Of a DNA stretch of 64,000 nt, positions 17,698 to 27,535 are shown one piece after another (position 1 is the first letter of the stretch; each line of letters starts with the position of its first letter). The notes beneath the pieces are model-generated. The model did not search any database. It saw only the letters and a program-made list of their open reading frames with translations, and was not told the DNA's origin. This DNA is from Escherichia phage vB_EcoM_TU01, in the sequence record MZ560701, one strand, 5' to 3'. A program made the translations under genes and the position numbers.

Positions 17698-17725
17698 AAT
17701 CCTACCAAAACAAATGGAGAACAAA

Positions 17726-17835
17726 ATGAAACTTTTGCTTATCGCTTATGTTGTAGTACAATACAATTATCCGATGTTTACTTATAACATGGTAAACGGC
17801 ATAGTGAATCTTATTGAAACGAGTATGGTAAAATG
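17726..17835 (+). CDS. small hydrophobic peptide (36 aa)
   Basis: ORF with ggag RBS. Confidence 0.3.
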
Positions 17836-18012
17836 ACCCGTGAACAAGCTAATAAATTGATGGACCTTATCCATGACTTACGTGAAGCCGATTCAGATTT
17901 GAATGATGTAGCTTATCATGCGGTAAATGATAACGGAGACTTTTATGAAAATCAGGTTGATGCTTGCCAGAATGCTTTGGTGAATTTTGTTGAAACTTTA
18001 ATTGGTGAATAA
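17832..18012 (+). CDS. hypothetical protein (59 aa)
   Basis: ORF. Confidence 0.45.
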
Positions 18013-18013
18013 T

Positions 18014-18544
18014 ATGAAAACTGTAATTGAAACAACCGAGTTGTTTGGTGATTTATGTATCGAAAAACGTGGNNATGTGTATGTTCTGACACAAGAAGAT
18101 GATGCTGCTACTATTCTTCCTATGGAACTGGACAAGATTTTGAAACTCAATCCACCCGGCCATGCATCTGTAATTAACATTAATGAAGACCTTCAAGTTC
18201 GTTTTTATCACGGACTTTATAGTGGGGTTAATATCGAAACTGAAGACGAATGTTTTTCTATTAATAATTGGAAAACATTCGTCGCTAAAGTGAAAGAATT
18301 CATGGAATCTGAAACAGCCAAAAAGGCCAAACTTCAATGGGCTAAATGCCGTAATGCTTTTATTACAAATCAGGACCGCCCTGACTATACAACAGTCCTA
18401 GGCGTTAATCCTTCGTATGAAGATGGTGATGTCGTAGTTATTCGTCAAATTGATGACCTTCGTCAACATATCATTACATTAGACAAAGATGAAGCAGTTG
18501 CTCTTAAAGCTTATCTTGATTCTATTATCCCGACTTTGAAATAA
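18014..18544 (+). CDS. hypothetical protein (176 aa)
   Basis: ORF. Confidence 0.55.
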   Translation: MKTVIETTELFGDLCIEKRXXVYVLTQEDDAATILPMELDKILKLNPPGHASVININEDLQVRFYHGLYSGVNIETEDECFSINNWKTFVAKVKEFMESETAKKAKLQWAKCRNAFITNQDRPDYTTVLGVNPSYEDGDVVVIRQIDDLRQHIITLDKDEAVALKAYLDSIIPTLK

Positions 18545-18553
18545 GGAATTATT

Positions 18554-19027
18554 ATGATTATCAATGAAAACTCTTGGCACTTTAAAATTTATGCCGCGTT
18601 CAATAGTACATGGAATCGTCCGAAAACGTTGTGTGCTTATTTTTGGAAAACGTTAATCCCNGTATTGGCTGTTTCAATTATTGGATTTGCGATTTTAGCA
18701 GGTGCCGTAATCATTGGCCAGGAAATTTTAACTANATTCTTTGTTTTTAGCAGTCTATGGACATTAGTTCCGGCCTCAATTGGTGTAGGCATTTTAANNG
18801 TAGCAGTCATGGCTCTTATTGCTGTCGGGTTGGTAATTGGCCCGTCTTGGTTGTTAGACAAATATAACGACAGAAAATATTATAAAGAAATTGAGTTCAT
18901 TGCACAAAACCAAGAACGAATTAAAAATGGACTTGAGCCTATTGAACGTAAGAAATCATTAATAGGTGAATACCTTAAAGCTCGTAAAGAAAAAGTCTGT
19001 CCTACTCTTGAATATAAGGCTAAATGA
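18554..19027 (+). CDS. hypothetical membrane protein (157 aa)
   Basis: Multiple hydrophobic segments. Confidence 0.5.
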   Translation: MIINENSWHFKIYAAFNSTWNRPKTLCAYFWKTLIXVLAVSIIGFAILAGAVIIGQEILTXFFVFSSLWTLVPASIGVGILXVAVMALIAVGLVIGPSWLLDKYNDRKYYKEIEFIAQNQERIKNGLEPIERKKSLIGEYLKARKEKVCPTLEYKAK

Positions 19028-20013
19028 TGAAAACAATTATGAAGGCTTACTTTGGTAGTCACCTTTATGGAACGTCTACTCCTGAATCTGACGTCGATTT
19101 TAAAGAAATTTATGTCCCTCATGCTCGTGATATTTTGACCGGTAACGTTAAAGAACATATGAGCAAGAACACGAATAACACATCTTCTAAGAACACAAAA
19201 GACGACGTGGACCATGAGTTGTATAGTCTCAAATATTTCTTTAAACTAGCTGCAGATGGTGAAACCGTCGCATTAGATATGCTTCACACTCCACAAAGTC
19301 TAGTAGTTAAATCTGATTTGCCTGANGTNTGGAAGTATATTCAAGACAACAGGTCTCGTTTCTATACTACTAACATGAAATCTTATTTAGGGTATGTCCG
19401 TAAGCAAGCTTCTAAATACGGTGTCAAGGGTTCTCGACTGGCTGTTCTTCGACAAGCCCTTAAACGTTCTAATGAATGGGGACAATACTTTGATAATGGT
19501 GCAGTAATTCGTTTATCACATATGAAGAATGTTCTGCCTGTAGGTGAATTTGCTTCGTGGGTTGAAACCGAAAACGAGAAAACAGGTAAGCAAACATTCT
19601 ATAATCTGTTAGACCGTAAATTCCAAGACACATTAACCAATAAAGAGTTCAATGCCATCCTTGTTAAACTAGAAGAGAACTATGGCGAACGTGCTCGTAA
19701 GGCAGAAGCTAACGAAGGTATTGACTGGAAAGCATTGAGTCATGCATGTCGTGGTGGACTTCAATTATTGGAAATTTACAAAACAGGCGACCTGGTTTAC
19801 CCACTTCAGGATGCTCCATTTATTCTCGATGTTAAGCTTGGTAAACATACGTTTAAAACTGTACAAGAATTCCTAGAAGATATCGTTGACCAAGTTGAAC
19901 ATGCGTCAGAACAAGCTGCCAAGAACGGTATGCAACAAAAAGTAGATATGAGTTTCTGGGATGACTTCCTTGAACAAGTCTATCTCGAAAATCATAATTC
20001 TTACTATAAATAA
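19024..20013 (+). CDS. nucleotidyltransferase-fold protein (Pol-beta superfamily motif GS-x11-DVD)
   Basis: N-terminal GSHLYGTSTPESDVDF plus downstream acidic residue (VALDM). Confidence 0.55.
   Translation: MMKTIMKAYFGSHLYGTSTPESDVDFKEIYVPHARDILTGNVKEHMSKNTNNTSSKNTKDDVDHELYSLKYFFKLAADGETVALDMLHTPQSLVVKSDLPXXWKYIQDNRSRFYTTNMKSYLGYVRKQASKYGVKGSRLAVLRQALKRSNEWGQYFDNGAVIRLSHMKNVLPVGEFASWVETENEKTGKQTFYNLLDRKFQDTLTNKEFNAILVKLEENYGERARKAEANEGIDWKALSHACRGGLQLLEIYKTGDLVYPLQDAPFILDVKLGKHTFKTVQEFLEDIVDQVEHASEQAAKNGMQQKVDMSFWDDFLEQVYLENHNSYYK
20005..20012 (+). promoter_or_regulatory. possible late promoter TATAAATA
   Basis: Exact motif but it overlaps the stop codon region of the upstream ORF; may be coincidental. 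Confidence 0.25.
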
Positions 20014-20044
20014 GTAGATAAATAACCCTTAACTTGAGGTAAAT

Positions 20045-20311
20045 ATGAAAAAATTAGTAATTGGTTTATTCGCAGTAATGATGGCATTCTCTGTTGGTGC
20101 TACCACGGGTGCAGGAGCTGGTGGTAACCAGTCTTCTGGGCCTTCTAATGGTTCTGTAAATGCATCACATTCTCAGGGTATTGAGAACATTAAATCAAGC
20201 TATATTAATAGCACGGCCGGACAAGCAACTGAAGCATGGTCAAAGGGCCGAGTAGTTACTCGCTCCGTATTCTGTGATATGCCTAATTATGTTGCTAAGT
20301 GCGATAAGTAA
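20045..20311 (+). CDS. secreted Gly/Ser-rich protein (88 aa)
   Basis: Signal peptide MKKLVIGLFAVMMAFSVGA. Confidence 0.5.
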   Translation: MKKLVIGLFAVMMAFSVGATTGAGAGGNQSSGPSNGSVNASHSQGIENIKSSYINSTAGQATEAWSKGRVVTRSVFCDMPNYVAKCDK

Positions 20312-20315
20312 ATGT

Positions 20316-20336
20316 GGGGACCTTCGGGTCCCTTTA
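20316..20336 (+). terminator. UUCG-tetraloop hairpin
   Basis: gggacc-ttcg-ggtccc then ttta. Confidence 0.4.
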
Positions 20337-20363
20337 GGGGGTTAAAATATTTTTAAAAAAGTA

Positions 20364-20393
20364 GTGTACATGCTTTTAGGATATGTTATTATA
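20364..20393 (+). promoter_or_regulatory. early promoter
   Basis: GTGTAC, 18 nt, TATTAT then AGACCTATCGAA. Confidence 0.5.
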
Positions 20394-20430
20394 GACCTAT
20401 CGAAACGAAATGAGTAAATTGGAGAATAAA

Positions 20431-21411
20431 ATGTTCAACGTTCAAATCAAAAAAGGTATCTATCGTAATAACGAAATCTCTGGTTCTTATGTTGCCACAA
20501 AGACCTGGTTCCCGGCAAAGCTTAATCCTGAATGTTCCCACTTAGGTGATGGTAAAATTTTCGTTATGATTGATGGTTCTGAACGTGGAGTATGGGTCTT
20601 CAAATCAGACATCGTAATGGAAGGAGTTGAGACATCTCCAGTTGCAGTTGTTGAAAGCACTGAAGATATGAAAACTCGTATCAACAAACGCTTTAAAGTA
20701 ATGAACATGATGACGAATGGCATTATCGATGGCAAAATTCGTTCACTCATTATTTCAGGTGCTGCTGGTATTGGTAAGACGTATTCTCTGGATAAAGCAC
20801 TTAATAATGCTAATGATAACGGTTTCATCAAATACAAAAGCATTAATGGTAAAATCTCTGGTATTGGCCTTTACGAACAACTTTGGCTCAACCGTGATGC
20901 AGATAGCGTTCTCTTAATCGACGACGTTGACGTATTCTCAGATATGGACATCTTGAACCTTCTTAAAGCAGCATTAGATACCGGAGATAAACGCAAAGTT
21001 TGTTGGAGCACTGCGTCATCTTATCTCGATGATAAGGGTATTGATAAAGAATTTGAGTTTGAAGGTACTATCGTTTTCATTACAAACGTTGATATCGATA
21101 AAGAGTTAGAACGCGGTTCGAAACTTGCTCCACACCTTCAAGCTTTAGTATCTCGTTCAGTGTATCTCGACCTTGGAGTACACTCTAATGAAGAGATTAT
21201 GGTTCGAGTTGAAGATGTAATATTATCTACTGACATGATGCAGAAACGTGGTCTGACGGATGCAGAAACGTATAAAGCATTGTCCTGGATGAAGGCTAAC
21301 GTATCTCGTCTTCGCAATGTATCATTACGTACGGCTCTTTATGTAGCAGATTTTATTTCAACTGATAAAGACGGTTGGGAGGAAATCTCCGAAGTAACTT
21401 TACTGAAATAA
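20431..21411 (+). CDS. AAA+/P-loop ATPase
   Basis: Walker A GAAGIGKT, Walker B LLIDDVD; ATG 20431 after ggag RBS. Confidence 0.65.
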   Translation: MFNVQIKKGIYRNNEISGSYVATKTWFPAKLNPECSHLGDGKIFVMIDGSERGVWVFKSDIVMEGVETSPVAVVESTEDMKTRINKRFKVMNMMTNGIIDGKIRSLIISGAAGIGKTYSLDKALNNANDNGFIKYKSINGKISGIGLYEQLWLNRDADSVLLIDDVDVFSDMDILNLLKAALDTGDKRKVCWSTASSYLDDKGIDKEFEFEGTIVFITNVDIDKELERGSKLAPHLQALVSRSVYLDLGVHSNEEIMVRVEDVILSTDMMQKRGLTDAETYKALSWMKANVSRLRNVSLRTALYVADFISTDKDGWEEISEVTLLK

Positions 21412-21549
21412 GCTTATAGGAAGTTCTGAGGTAACAAAAGCCATAAAGATGAATAATCATATGGCTTACCTCAAAGAAGGACACCAGGAACCTACTGAGG
21501 GCATAGAAATATTTAAAAATAATGATGTACAAATCAAAGAGGATATGTT

Positions 21550-21837
21550 ATGGATTTTATGCAAAAAATTAAAGCCGCAGTCGAACTGTATGCTCATCGT
21601 ATGGTTAGTTCTACGATGCAATATAGCGAGGAGGTTCGCCAGGACTCTTCCTTGAAAGGAAAAACTAAAGCCTTAATTACCTTAGACCGTCTGCAAAAGA
21701 ATGCCATAGAGTTGTTCCAGTACGACAAGGATGCATATAAGAAAGAACAGGAAGAGAAACTTAAATCCGAAAAATTACAGAAAATNCCGAAGTCGGTTTG
21801 GTTCAGTGGAAAAAATACCGAAAAAAGTTTCTTTTAG
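21550..21837 (+). CDS. hypothetical protein (95 aa)
   Basis: ORF. Confidence 0.45.
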   Translation: MDFMQKIKAAVELYAHRMVSSTMQYSEEVRQDSSLKGKTKALITLDRLQKNAIELFQYDKDAYKKEQEEKLKSEKLQKXPKSVWFSGKNTEKSFF

Positions 21838-21839
21838 TT

Positions 21840-21868
21840 GTTTACAAGGTCTATGGTTATGTTATTAT
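21840..21868 (+). promoter_or_regulatory. early promoter
   Basis: GTTTAC, 17 nt, TATTAT then AGACCTATCAA. Confidence 0.55.
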
Positions 21869-21895
21869 AGACCTATCAACTACTGGAGGTAAAAC

Positions 21896-22423
21896 ATGAA
21901 CGCTAAAGATATTTTCAACCTGGTAAATTATAACGACGGTAAATTTAAATCTGAAGCACAAAGCAAGTTCTTTAATGACGTTGCTTATGGTAATGAGATT
22001 ACCGTGGACGGAGGTCAGATTTTCAAATCTCGCTGGAATTGGATTGCTATCATCGATTCAGTTGGAATTGTAGAAGTCTACAAAAACACTAACAAAAAAC
22101 GTACATTATTCTGGTCTCGTGAAACTAACGAGCAGTACAAAAAGGATAAAGCATCTCGTTTATCCAAAGTAACCCAGGAAGATATCGAGTTTATCAAGAA
22201 AGATATCGAGATGTACGAAAATTTAATCGCTGAAGACCAGGCAGTACTCGATAAGTTTGATGAAATTAAAGCTTCTCGTGAAATCCCTGACTTCATGAAA
22301 GAAACAGTAAACGAACGATACGCTCTCACTTCAGAACGTATTGCAAACTATACAAAACAGAAAGCAGAACGTATTAGTACTCTTCGGAAATTTGAAGAAC
22401 GTTTAAAGACGGTTCACGCATAA
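21896..22423 (+). CDS. hypothetical protein (175 aa)
   Basis: ORF with ggaggt RBS. Confidence 0.55.
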   Translation: MNAKDIFNLVNYNDGKFKSEAQSKFFNDVAYGNEITVDGGQIFKSRWNWIAIIDSVGIVEVYKNTNKKRTLFWSRETNEQYKKDKASRLSKVTQEDIEFIKKDIEMYENLIAEDQAVLDKFDEIKASREIPDFMKETVNERYALTSERIANYTKQKAERISTLRKFEERLKTVHA

Positions 22424-22450
22424 ACGCTTTACCCAAGGACGGGTTATAAT
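22423..22450 (+). promoter_or_regulatory. middle-type promoter (MotA-box-like GCTTTA, about 13 nt, TATAAT)
   Basis: Box and spacing match the T4 middle-promoter architecture. Confidence 0.4.
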
Positions 22451-22485
22451 GGTTTTGAGTTCCAATTCAATCTGAGGAAATAGTT

Positions 22486-23481
22486 ATGAGCATTACATCT
22501 GATGCGGTAAAACATGAAATTAACGGTTTATGTGCTTCACAGATTAAAGTGTGGTTTAAAGACCATAATGATCGCAGAGCACTTAATTATGAACAAATTG
22601 CTATCCAAGTTCATCAATTACTGACTAGTAAATTTGATTTTCATATGCCGTCTGAAATCTATACTAATCTGCCGCGAGCGCTTATTAAAGCGTGTAAAGG
22701 TTACGGAAAATCAATGGCTGATGGAATCTTCAGCGCGCTGAATAAACTTAACGTTCTGTCGATGATTAACTCTAACAACATTCTGCGTAATCTAGGACGT
22801 ACTGATTTGTTCGGTCGTGAACAGTGTAAAATGCCTTTGAAATGGATTGTTGCTCATCTTAACGAGAACCAAACACGTTTTATGGCCGTATCAGCACGCT
22901 TACAAATGGGCCTAGATCGTCAGATGAACTTTAAAACTCATCCACGTTATTCAGGTTCAACAGACTTTTATAAATGTGAGCTTCAAAAGGTTGCAGGTAA
23001 AACTGTCTTAGTAGTTCGTGTAACGTTTGAAGGACGACGTCAAGGATATTTTGACCTAATCGGCTCTGGTCTTAAACATTGTGGATTTATTGACGAAGTT
23101 GATATCAAGCGAGACGGCATTGGATACCGTATTGGATATGTTTGTACTCTTAAAGAAGAGATTTCAGGACCAGCACCAGGACTAAAAGACGTTAGATATA
23201 AAGACGAGCTCGTTGAAGAAATAAAAGAAGTTGAATATGATATCAACCAAGAAGATGCTCTTAAAGACCTTATTGATGAACTAAACCAAGACGTTATTCC
23301 GGTTCAGAAATTTGAATCAAAACATGCTGAGCAAATCAAATACTTTGAAGCTTTGATTAACGAACTTAATGTAACTATTCAACAGACTGACGATGAAATC
23401 TCACGATTAGCAGGCTTAAACGGTAAAAATAAAACAGAACGAGCTAATCTTATTCAAGTAGTAAAACTTCTTAAGGAATGA
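22486..23481 (+). CDS. hypothetical protein (331 aa) with C-terminal coiled coil
   Basis: Long ORF; heptad-like C-terminus. Confidence 0.6.
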   Translation: MSITSDAVKHEINGLCASQIKVWFKDHNDRRALNYEQIAIQVHQLLTSKFDFHMPSEIYTNLPRALIKACKGYGKSMADGIFSALNKLNVLSMINSNNILRNLGRTDLFGREQCKMPLKWIVAHLNENQTRFMAVSARLQMGLDRQMNFKTHPRYSGSTDFYKCELQKVAGKTVLVVRVTFEGRRQGYFDLIGSGLKHCGFIDEVDIKRDGIGYRIGYVCTLKEEISGPAPGLKDVRYKDELVEEIKEVEYDINQEDALKDLIDELNQDVIPVQKFESKHAEQIKYFEALINELNVTIQQTDDEISRLAGLNGKNKTERANLIQVVKLLKE

Positions 23482-23536
23482 TGTACAACCAAGGATGGTT
23501 GGAGTATAATAAATTTTTCAACATGAGGAATATAAA

Positions 23537-24472
23537 ATGGCTTCTATTACACGTAGAGAACTTATCAAAGAATTTACCTCGAACGCATATACCCCAGGTC
23601 CTAATCCTATCCGTATGCCTGTAAAGACTCCTGAAGAGATTGAGGAAATTTGTTCATATTATGGGATTACTTCTCGTAAGTTTACTCAATTTGAATGCGT
23701 TACTAACACACCCGTTAAAGAGTTCATTAAAAATGGTGAGTTCAGCCGTTTATTGGCCAAACAGAAACTTCGTAATTTTTGTATCGGCGGNNAAGGACAA
23801 TATTTCGCTAAACAGTTCAGGAATAACCTTAACAATCTGATGGCCATTGCTTCTCGTATTCGTCCTCAAGCAATTAACATGAAACATTTGAAATATACTT
23901 ACGATAAGTTAGAAATCATGGTTATCAGTGAGAACGAGTTCACTCTTACGTATAAACCTAAGAATGATAACGTTGCTCGTGTATTCCACCAAGCGTTGGA
24001 AGTGTTAGGTGATAATATTCACGAGATTAAAGCAATTTATTCTCGTGAGCTTAATATTATCAACCCTATCAAGAATAAGGGCCATATCGCTATCCAGGCC
24101 CGTGTATCTATTGGTAAAAAGGTTCCTGCGCCATGGTGGCACAAAGACTCTGAATACTATCAAAATCTTAAAAAGGAAAATGCAACGTTCGAAGCGTCAA
24201 TTACTGCAACCCCAATTGGCAATGCTGAAGTTCTAGGTGCATATTCTACTGCTCCATCTATACACACTTCACCGTCGACTAAACTGGAAATCTCTAACGG
24301 TCTTCTTCCTGCCGAAGATTACTATTATAATCAAATCAAGGCCACTATGGACCAACTGTCTGTTGAACTTGACAAAGCACAAGCTAAGCTTCGTGATGCT
24401 CAAAGTGTTGTAACCAAGCTCCAGTTGCAGTACTCTAAACTTTTTAATGCAATGAATGCATTAAAATCATAA
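23537..24472 (+). CDS. hypothetical protein (311 aa) with C-terminal coiled coil
   Basis: Long ORF; upstream promoter tacaaccaaggatggttggagtataat. Confidence 0.6.
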   Translation: MASITRRELIKEFTSNAYTPGPNPIRMPVKTPEEIEEICSYYGITSRKFTQFECVTNTPVKEFIKNGEFSRLLAKQKLRNFCIGXXGQYFAKQFRNNLNNLMAIASRIRPQAINMKHLKYTYDKLEIMVISENEFTLTYKPKNDNVARVFHQALEVLGDNIHEIKAIYSRELNIINPIKNKGHIAIQARVSIGKKVPAPWWHKDSEYYQNLKKENATFEASITATPIGNAEVLGAYSTAPSIHTSPSTKLEISNGLLPAEDYYYNQIKATMDQLSVELDKAQAKLRDAQSVVTKLQLQYSKLFNAMNALKS

Positions 24473-24534
24473 AANAGTTTACAACCAAGGACGGTTGGAG
24501 TATAATCTTTCTATCTTAACGAGAGGAAAATATT

Positions 24535-25485
24535 ATGACACGTTCACATTACATTGATTATTTTGCAGGTCTTATCGCTAACGTTCATGCTCAGCGTGCT
24601 TCTGGTTCATTAGGATTTGATGTTCCACACCGAAATGTAGTAAGTGGTATTCTTCGAGATTTTGGTACATACACAGGTCAAGAAAATCATATCTGTAAAG
24701 ATACTCAGAATGCGTATTCTCATTCATTAGGGACATTGCTTCAATGGTTCAAACGTTCTCGTTTATTATCTTCTACTGTGGCTCGTGATAACATTAAAAA
24801 CTTTATGAAGCCGAGCTTTATTAAATCTGTGACATCTAAAACTGATTTGGTTGAATTTACTATTATTAACGATGTTAAAAAGACTCATTTAGCTGATTGG
24901 TTATCTACCATTCCTGAAACTAAATTTGCTGATAAATTTGCTTGTGAATTCAATAACCAAGTGAATATGCTTTTTAAACATTCACGTAAATTATTCACAG
25001 GCGGCGATGACCGTACAAATACGGTTCATGTTAAGGATTGGGTTACTGCAGTATTCAAACCAACTGGTAATGGTAACGCATCATTGTCAATTGATATCCA
25101 GGTTCCGTATTACTACTCACGTAATCTCGGTACAATGAAAGCCGAAGAAATTAATAAGCGCAACAAAACCGTTCGTTCGCTATCTTATAAACTTCGTATG
25201 ATGTTACGGACTATGGACGTAGTAGAAATGTTCAGCGAAACCGAAGATAACGGTTCAATGTTATTCAGTTCTCGTATTAAAATTAAGCTGAAGAACCCTA
25301 ATACGTATAAACCTAAGCCTATTAAAGAGCCTAAAGCAGAAAAAGTTGATAATTTAAGAGAAGAACGTGAATACCTCAAATCTCGTCTGAAAGAAGTCGA
25401 AGCCCAGATTGCAGAACAAACTAAATCGTTAAAAGCTCTGAATGCGAAAGCGGACGGTTTACGAAATGCCATTGAGGTGTTATAA
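24535..25485 (+). CDS. hypothetical protein (316 aa) with C-terminal coiled coil
   Basis: Long ORF; near-identical upstream promoter tacaaccaaggacggttggagtataat. Confidence 0.6.
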   Translation: MTRSHYIDYFAGLIANVHAQRASGSLGFDVPHRNVVSGILRDFGTYTGQENHICKDTQNAYSHSLGTLLQWFKRSRLLSSTVARDNIKNFMKPSFIKSVTSKTDLVEFTIINDVKKTHLADWLSTIPETKFADKFACEFNNQVNMLFKHSRKLFTGGDDRTNTVHVKDWVTAVFKPTGNGNASLSIDIQVPYYYSRNLGTMKAEEINKRNKTVRSLSYKLRMMLRTMDVVEMFSETEDNGSMLFSSRIKIKLKNPNTYKPKPIKEPKAEKVDNLREEREYLKSRLKEVEAQIAEQTKSLKALNAKADGLRNAIEVL

Positions 25486-25790
25486 TGAAACTACGTCTTT
25501 TAGAGGATATTGATATGAGCACTAATCATGGCTTGGTTAAGTTTATTGACGATAGTTCAAAGATTGAATTTGTTCAGCGAGATAAAATCCACGGTGAAGA
25601 AGAGTTCGTTCCTCCGGCATGGAACGAAATCATGAAAATGGTTGAACGACGTGAAAATGCTGCCAAATCGGCAGCAAAACATCCATGCCCGGAATGTGGA
25701 ACTATCCAAGTCCAACTGGTTAACTGGACCACTGATAACTTGAAATTGAAATGCCGTAAATGCTTCCACAAATTTGAGAGAACATTATAA
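25485..25790 (+). CDS. zinc-ribbon protein (CPECG...CRKC)
   Basis: CxxC...CxxC pair near C-terminus. Confidence 0.5.
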   Translation: MKLRLLEDIDMSTNHGLVKFIDDSSKIEFVQRDKIHGEEEFVPPAWNEIMKMVERRENAAKSAAKHPCPECGTIQVQLVNWTTDNLKLKCRKCFHKFERTL

Positions 25791-26203
25791 TGAGATATAG
25801 CCTTCGTTGTTTTATTGTAGCTTTAGTTTTTGCCATCATTCCATTCATTTGGAACAGCCAGAATACTTACATGGAAACTAAAGTAATTCCTGTGGAGGTA
25901 GTGGAATTAATCTCAGGCCAATCTACAGGAAAATATTCTAAATTAGAATTTATTGCAGTCTATAAAGATGAGCAAGGACGAGTTTTTGACAGGCATGTAT
26001 CTCCATCATTTTATACGCTTCTGAATAAAGGTGATACGATAGCTATAGAAATTCGTGAGATGGATATCAAACAAACTACTAAAGATAACTTGATTTGGTT
26101 CTTTGGTACAGTGTTGTTGGTTTCTATCTGTATCACAGGTTTTATTACATGTATTGTATTTGGCGTTGCATATTTAATTGATGAAAGGAAAAATAATGTT
26201 TAA
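25790..26203 (+). CDS. hypothetical membrane protein (137 aa)
   Basis: N- and C-terminal hydrophobic segments. Confidence 0.5.
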   Translation: MRYSLRCFIVALVFAIIPFIWNSQNTYMETKVIPVEVVELISGQSTGKYSKLEFIAVYKDEQGRVFDRHVSPSFYTLLNKGDTIAIEIREMDIKQTTKDNLIWFFGTVLLVSICITGFITCIVFGVAYLIDERKNNV

Positions 26204-26459
26204 AGTGTATGGGTATGACTCTACTATTCATAAATGCATTTATTGTGATAATGCGAAACGATTGCTGACTGTTAAGAAACAGCCATTCGAATTCATTAAT
26301 GTTATGCCAGAAAAAGGTGTGTTCGATGATGAGAAAATTGCTGAGCTTCTGGTTAAGCTTGGACGTGAATCACAAGTCGGATTGACTATGCCTCAAGTGT
26401 TTGCTCCTGATGGAANTTCGATTGGTGGATTTGACCAACTACGAGAATATTTTAAATGA
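26196..26459 (+). CDS. nrdC: glutaredoxin/thioredoxin NrdC
   Basis: MFKVYGYDSTIHKCIYCDNAKRLL with CxxC; closely matches T4 NrdC. Confidence 0.9.
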   Translation: MFKVYGYDSTIHKCIYCDNAKRLLTVKKQPFEFINVMPEKGVFDDEKIAELLVKLGRESQVGLTMPQVFAPDGXSIGGFDQLREYFK

Positions 26460-26812
26460 CATATTCATTAAATCTTAAAGATTTCCAAGATGTATACGAA
26501 GTTTGTGCCAATGAACTTGGTCCTGATGCTCCAACTATTATTGAAGTTTTAAATGTGCTCCCTTCATCATTAGCTTACGAAGCCAAATCATGGGGTTGGA
26601 ACGACACTGTCGTTCGTGATGACCTTTACGTCCTGATGAACGATATGATGGTTAAAAAGGCAGAACCGGTTGCACCAATGGTTACCATTACCGTTGAAGA
26701 ATATAATCGCCTGCAAGCCATTGAAGAGCTTCTGTGGAACATTGAATGTGACCTGCCTTCAGGGCTAGAATCCTGGATTGATTATGAAGAGCTCAATAAA
26801 CTCCGGGGTTAA
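26456..26812 (+). CDS. hypothetical protein (118 aa)
   Basis: ORF. Confidence 0.5.
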   Translation: MTYSLNLKDFQDVYEVCANELGPDAPTIIEVLNVLPSSLAYEAKSWGWNDTVVRDDLYVLMNDMMVKKAEPVAPMVTITVEEYNRLQAIEELLWNIECDLPSGLESWIDYEELNKLRG

Positions 26813-26940
26813 ACCGTGGTATTCTGCTCGATGGGAGACTGTCGAGCCAGACGTCGAAACGGTTTACAACGACGAAGAANCATGTTATGATGAACCTTCA
26901 ATAAATGAATTAATTGATATGGAAATGGGAAGAGATTATT

Positions 26941-27111
26941 ATGCAAGTTAAATTATTGTACCGTTTATTAAAAAATGGCAAACATGATTGGTATTTGCTT
27001 ATTAAAACCGATCCGAATTTTTTCTCTGGACAACCATTTACAGTTCGTCCTACTAAACGTCAGCTTCGCAAAGCTAAACGTTCTCATCGTAACTTTTATA
27101 GAGGATATTGA
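26941..27111 (+). CDS. small basic protein, RPTKRQ-tail family copy 1
   Basis: C-terminal TVRPTKRQLRKAKRSHRNFY shared with 27536 and 55512 ORFs. Confidence 0.5.
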   Translation: MQVKLLYRLLKNGKHDWYLLIKTDPNFFSGQPFTVRPTKRQLRKAKRSHRNFYRGY

Positions 27112-27112
27112 T

Positions 27113-27526
27113 ATGAATATTTCTGAAACTCGCGGTAAATGGTTCAAGATTGTTAAAGAAGACGAAGAACTACAAGNNAAGTTTCCTGAATTAAAGAAAG
27201 NTACAATCGTCAAGGTAATTGGTACTACTACCGAAGATGGTTATGGCGACCACGGCATTATCGAAGTGATGTTGAACACAGGTGAGAAACTTTGCATCTA
27301 TGACCGTGATACTTCTCTTTGGTGCTTCTGGGAATCCCATTCAATAGATGAACTCGAAGAAATTGACCAAGTAGTTTGTGATNGTGGACTTGGCGAATTT
27401 GAAGGTGAACGTATTTCTTATGCTTTAGCTAAATTAGCAGCCCAAGAAAATAATGACGGTTATGAAGGTAATCTGATGCAAGCCGCAGCGGAATACATTG
27501 AATATTTAGAAAGACGTTTAAGTTAA
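27113..27526 (+). CDS. hypothetical acidic protein (137 aa)
   Basis: ORF with gagga RBS. Confidence 0.5.
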   Translation: MNISETRGKWFKIVKEDEELQXKFPELKKXTIVKVIGTTTEDGYGDHGIIEVMLNTGEKLCIYDRDTSLWCFWESHSIDELEEIDQVVCDXGLGEFEGERISYALAKLAAQENNDGYEGNLMQAAAEYIEYLERRLS

Positions 27527-27535
27527 GGGCTTATT

